Assembly (NCBI RefSeq): GCF_052425735.1
Contig: NC_135758.1
Coordinates: forward strand, 6,820,001-6,884,000
From: Oculina patagonica
Lineage: Eukaryota
Direction: 5' to 3'
DNA length: 64,000 nucleotides
Shown: piece after piece, positions 60,275 to 64,000 of the stretch
How the letters are laid out: each line of letters opens with the position of its first letter
Numbering within the stretch: the stretch's first letter is position 1
Made by a program: the position numbers and the translations under genes
The notes under the pieces: model-generated
Told to the model about the DNA's origin: nothing
Database searches by the model: none
The model's input: the letters and a program-made list of their open reading frames with translations, nothing else

Positions 60275-61669
60275 ATACATTTATACTATGCCATAGAAAA
60301 TACAGCCAATCAGAATACAGGAAAGCCGTTGTATATTCGACGGTATTCAACTCAACCTTCCCATCGTGCGTTGCGTATCTTATTCCCGCCCAAATTTCGA
60401 AAAGCAGCGCCACTTTCAGTTTCTTTCAAATGTTGTTTAGAGCAGTTTAAGCAATGTCAGAGCCGACATTTTCCCTTAACTTGAATTTTGAGGTGGAGTA
60501 CTTAACAGAAAATGAAGATTTAAACAACAAAACAACGAAGATGTTCGCTTCGGGAGAGGAAAACTGTCCGGTTGAAACCTACCGAGTTTATCGGCAGCGC
60601 CGTCCAGAGCCTATGCTCGACAAAAATTCACCCTTTTACCTTCAACCGATTGTGAATCCCAAAGGAGAAATTTGGTACAAAAACCAAAGACTTGGCATCA
60701 ATAGCCTCGGTAAGCTGTTAAAGGAAATAGGAAAGAAAGCTGGTTTAAACGAAAAGAAAAATATAAGAAATCACAGCGCTCGAAAAACTATGCTGAATGA
60801 CTTGTGCGAAGCAAACGTGCCAAGCTATCGGATAATCCAGCTGTCTGGACATAAACGAGTGGACTCCATCGAAGATTATCACAAGGTTGCAAGCATTAAA
60901 AACCAAGAAGAAATGTCCCGAATTTTAAGCGACAATACTAGCGGCACTTCAAGTCCATCCACTTCAGACACAAGCATAAACAAGGCGAACACTGTCTCGC
61001 AACAACAAATTCAAAGCTCCGTGACCTCAACCACAACTGCGGTTCTTCCCCAAAAATCACAGCTGTTTGGCGCACATACGACAATAACTGGAGGAACTTT
61101 CAACATTAACTTTTTAACGGGATACCAGTCAATAAGTCCAAAACGAGAATTCAAAAGAGTTCGTCGCATTATTGACAGCGATAGCAGCCAAGAGTAGGTT
61201 TTCTTGACTTGCTTTATTTGCATTTTCTACACTTTTAGGAGGTTTGAAATTTTCGCGGTACTTTTGAGATTCAAACTCAGTAGGAATTTTACAAGCATTT
61301 GAATATAATAACTTTATTTGACATGCACTCTTGTATTTTGTGCAATAAATTTTTATATATATATATATTTTAAAAGTATTTTACGCGGCAGTGTTTAGAA
61401 AACGTCAGCATCGGTTGAAAGCCAGTTGAAAGCCATTCAAAATAAAGTCTGCGCGTATGTCACACTGATTGTGTTGCCCATTGTATTTTCTATGGCATGG
61501 TATAAAATAGTTATCCAACGATTTCTCGTGGTATACCATGGAATATCCCACTTGTCACTTGTATTTTCTCGGTATACACACTCGGCTAAAGCCTCGTGTG
61601 TATACCGAGAAAATACAAGTGACGCGTGGGATATTCCATAGTATACCACTCGAAAGCGTTGCATAACTA
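60275..61669 (+). mobile_element. Crypton-type (tyrosine recombinase) element, internally deleted
   Basis: ORF 60454-61197 flanked by inverted repeat tttatactatgccatagaaaataca (60280-60304) / tgtattttctatggcatggtataaa (61482-61506) and a 162-bp terminal hairpin 61508-61669. Confidence 0.8.
60454..61197 (+). CDS. Truncated Crypton/DUF3504-type tyrosine recombinase (C-terminal catalytic half), 247 aa
   Basis: CPV..Y..RRP, PFYL, WYKNQRLGINSL, NHSARKT (HxxR), SGH..DSIEDY (catalytic His and Tyr). Confidence 0.8.
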   Translation: MSEPTFSLNLNFEVEYLTENEDLNNKTTKMFASGEENCPVETYRVYRQRRPEPMLDKNSPFYLQPIVNPKGEIWYKNQRLGINSLGKLLKEIGKKAGLNEKKNIRNHSARKTMLNDLCEANVPSYRIIQLSGHKRVDSIEDYHKVASIKNQEEMSRILSDNTSGTSSPSTSDTSINKANTVSQQQIQSSVTSTTTAVLPQKSQLFGAHTTITGGTFNINFLTGYQSISPKREFKRVRRIIDSDSSQE

Positions 61670-61879
61670 GTATGTATATGTAATATTTAGTTATCCATTC
61701 CCTGCTTTCTGCTTTCTATTGAAGCCTATATAATGATTTATGATTGATTTCAGGAGCCCATGACCATGGGCTCCTGTTGATTTGTAATAATTCTCCTCCT
61801 CCATCTATAATAATTCCCCTCTCCCAAAAAATTATTTTCAGCCCCGCTCTCCTCTTCACCAAGCGTCTAGCTAACTCAT

Positions 61880-63564
61880 TCATTTTGATAGCGCGTTAGC
61901 AAAGTCTTCAGGAATAACAAAAAACCCGCTCACCTCCTCTCGGTGAATATGAACATCTGGTACGTTCGCGTTTGAATGCTCTGGTTCAATCACTTGTAGT
62001 TTGTTTTCTTCTCCAATGTACTCCTGTGGATGGCTGTCATCGCCATTACGATTTCGTTTCATTCGACTCCTGATCAGGGACTAAAAAATAAACAAAGAAA
62101 TAAATAAAAAAATAAATAAAGGAGGAGGAGGAGAAGGAGTAAAGGCTGGATGACGAAGCGGAAGAATAGAGAGGAAGGTGATGGTGGTGGAAAAGGNNNN
62201 NNNNNNNNNNNNNNNNNNNNNNNNNNNNNNNNNNNNNNNNNNNNNNNNNNNNNNNNNNNNNNNNNNNNNNNNNNNNNNNNNNNNNNNNNNNNNNNNNNNN
62301 NNNNNNNNNNNNNNNNNNNNNNNNNNNNNNNNNNNNNNNNNNNNNNNNNNNNNNNNNNNNNNNNNNNNNCAGGTGAAGGAGGACGAGCACGAGTTGAAGG
62401 AGAAAGGGGGAGAAGGAGGAGAAGGAGGAGGATGAGGAGGAGGATGAGGAGGAGGATGAGGAGGAGGAAGAGAGCAGGTGGGGCACGAGTTGAAGGAGAA
62501 AGGGGAGAAGGAGGAGAAGGAGGAGGAGGAGGAGGAGGAGGAGGAGGAGAAGGAGGAGGAGGAAGAGAGCAGGTGAGACACGAGTTGAAGGAGAAAGGGG
62601 AGAAGGAGGAGAAGGAGGAGAAGGAGGAGGAGGATGAGGAGGAGAAGGAGGAGGAGGAGGAAGAGAGCAGGTGGGGCACGAGTTGAAGGAGAAAGGGGGA
62701 GAAGGAGGAGAAGGAGGAGGAGGAGGAGGAGGAGGAGGAGGAGGAGAAGGAGGAGGAGGAGGAGGAAGAGAGCAGGTGGGGCACGAGTTGAAGGAGAAAG
62801 GGGGAGAAGGAGGAGAAGGAGGAGGAGGAGGAGGAGGAGGAGGAGGAGGAGGAGGAGGTGGTGACAACAACACACATTTGCACTTACCACCACAATCAAA
62901 ATGCTGACAATGATGAGCAAGATGCCGACTGCAATTCCGATGGCGATATAGGTTCTTTCCATTTCTGTAAAGCCAGTGGGTTTAGGTGGCGCGTCCTCGC
63001 CTTTTGCTGCCACTTTTTCGATCTGTGAATAAATTACATGTTACGCAGTGGTTACCACGTTAAAAATAAAGAAGAATGACCTATAATACGCTTTAAATTC
63101 TTTTTTTATGGAAAAGCTAACGGAGTACCACTACCATGACTTTTCAAAGTATTTGTGAGGCTTACATTACAATTTTACCATGTTAAAATAAAACTGAGTT
63201 CAAAATCTCTACAACCTTACCTTCAGTTCAAAAATTGGTCCAAAAAGTCCTCCGAGTTTATTTTCAACCAAGTAATGAAGAACGTTGTACGCATGTTTAG
63301 TCATGTCTTTATCTACATCTTGGAACGTGCCGCCAGGTTTAATGATGTAAAATAACAGCGACGCTTTGTCCACGTTGTTCTTCGCTGGGCAGTTTTCGTC
63401 AAAATTATTGAGGTACACCTCTGTCGTGTTAATAGGTACGCCGTTGTCCTGAATGAGTATTTCGGCGAGTTTTGCCTTGAAATATGTTTCCATAAGGCAA
63501 AACTCCGACCAGGTGAATTTGAAATCAATTTGAATGTACACTGAAGGCAAAGGTTTAGCGGCTT
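61880..63564 (-). CDS. 3' part of a single-pass type I membrane protein; exons 63564-63221, 63022-62888, 62080-61880; 5' end not identified, probably outside the window
   Basis: Canonical GT-AG junctions with consistent phases (ELK|IEK, IVV|SLI); TM helix YIAIGIAVGILLIIVSILIVVSLI followed by basic RSRMKRNR; ~115-aa ectodomain exon, possibly SEA-like. Confidence 0.8.
62120..62862. repeat. Intronic purine-rich minisatellite: (GAG)n interleaved with gaagagagcaggtggggcacgagttgaaggagaaagggg; includes an N-gap
   Basis: Direct reading; lies between donor 62887 and acceptor 62081 of the membrane-protein gene. Confidence 0.93.
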
Positions 63565-64000
63565 CTGCAATGGATAAATCACGAAAAATGGAGTCAGCTA
63601 TAGATATTACTTAGGTCAAATTCATTTTTTCTCAATGAGCCAATGACTGGCAATCGATCATTCCAGAGTGTAGCTGCTCTCGTAGGCTTGTAAGTTTGTA
63701 AGTAAGAAATTTATTTAATGCCCATAAAACGGGGAGTGTTTGCGCTTGAGAGACTCATGTTAAAAGTGAGTAAGAGTATTTAAGAAATTAAGAGTAAGCT
63801 AAATAATAAAATTCTTCTACTCCTCTTGTGTAGGAGTTGCTTCTGTTTTTTTTTTTTGGGGGGGGGGGGGGGTTGGGGGGTTTTTTTTTTTTTTTTTTTT
63901 TTTTCTCTGGAAGGGTAGCGAGCCATTCTTATGAGACCTTGCCGATCTATCAAGGAAGTGTTTTTTTGTTGTTGTTCACGGTACCGTTTTGAATCCCGAG

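Noticed and set aside
62046-62907. Extensin-like poly-Pro, poly-Ser, poly-Leu or poly-Gly ORFs
   Set aside because: These are open frames of a stop-free (GAG)n minisatellite lying inside a GT-AG intron whose flanking exons join in frame without it.
1-64000. Prokaryotic systems (CRISPR arrays, operons, defence islands), tRNA or rRNA genes
   Set aside because: The sequence is eukaryotic with spliceosomal introns; no repeat-spacer array, cloverleaf or rRNA-like segment was recognised.

Overview
AT-rich eukaryotic (animal) genomic DNA with four N-gaps. The repeat repertoire and the receptor types suggest an anthozoan/stony coral (inference). The window holds six class A GPCR genes with intronless coding regions, five of them one neuropeptide-receptor-like family. 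A ~11-12 kb cassette is tandemly duplicated (~15005-26985 and ~35341-46230). Each copy pairs one GPCR tail-to-tail with a two-exon FAD-linked oxidase of the FAD_binding_4/ALO (gulonolactone-oxidase-like) family, whose 16-nt first coding exon is missed by the ORF track. Between and inside the copies lies a datable stack of nested transposons: Penelope fragments with hammerhead-like remnants, a 4.7 kb Sola3-like element, and Kolobok-, piggyBac-, hAT-, Harbinger- and Mutator-like MITEs. The right end has an internally deleted Crypton (tyrosine recombinase) element and the last three coding exons of a single-pass membrane protein. The best candidate for an undescribed system is the co-duplicated GPCR + atypical flavin-oxidase module, but functional coupling is a hypothesis, not something the sequence shows. 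All alignments and identity statements were made by eye.
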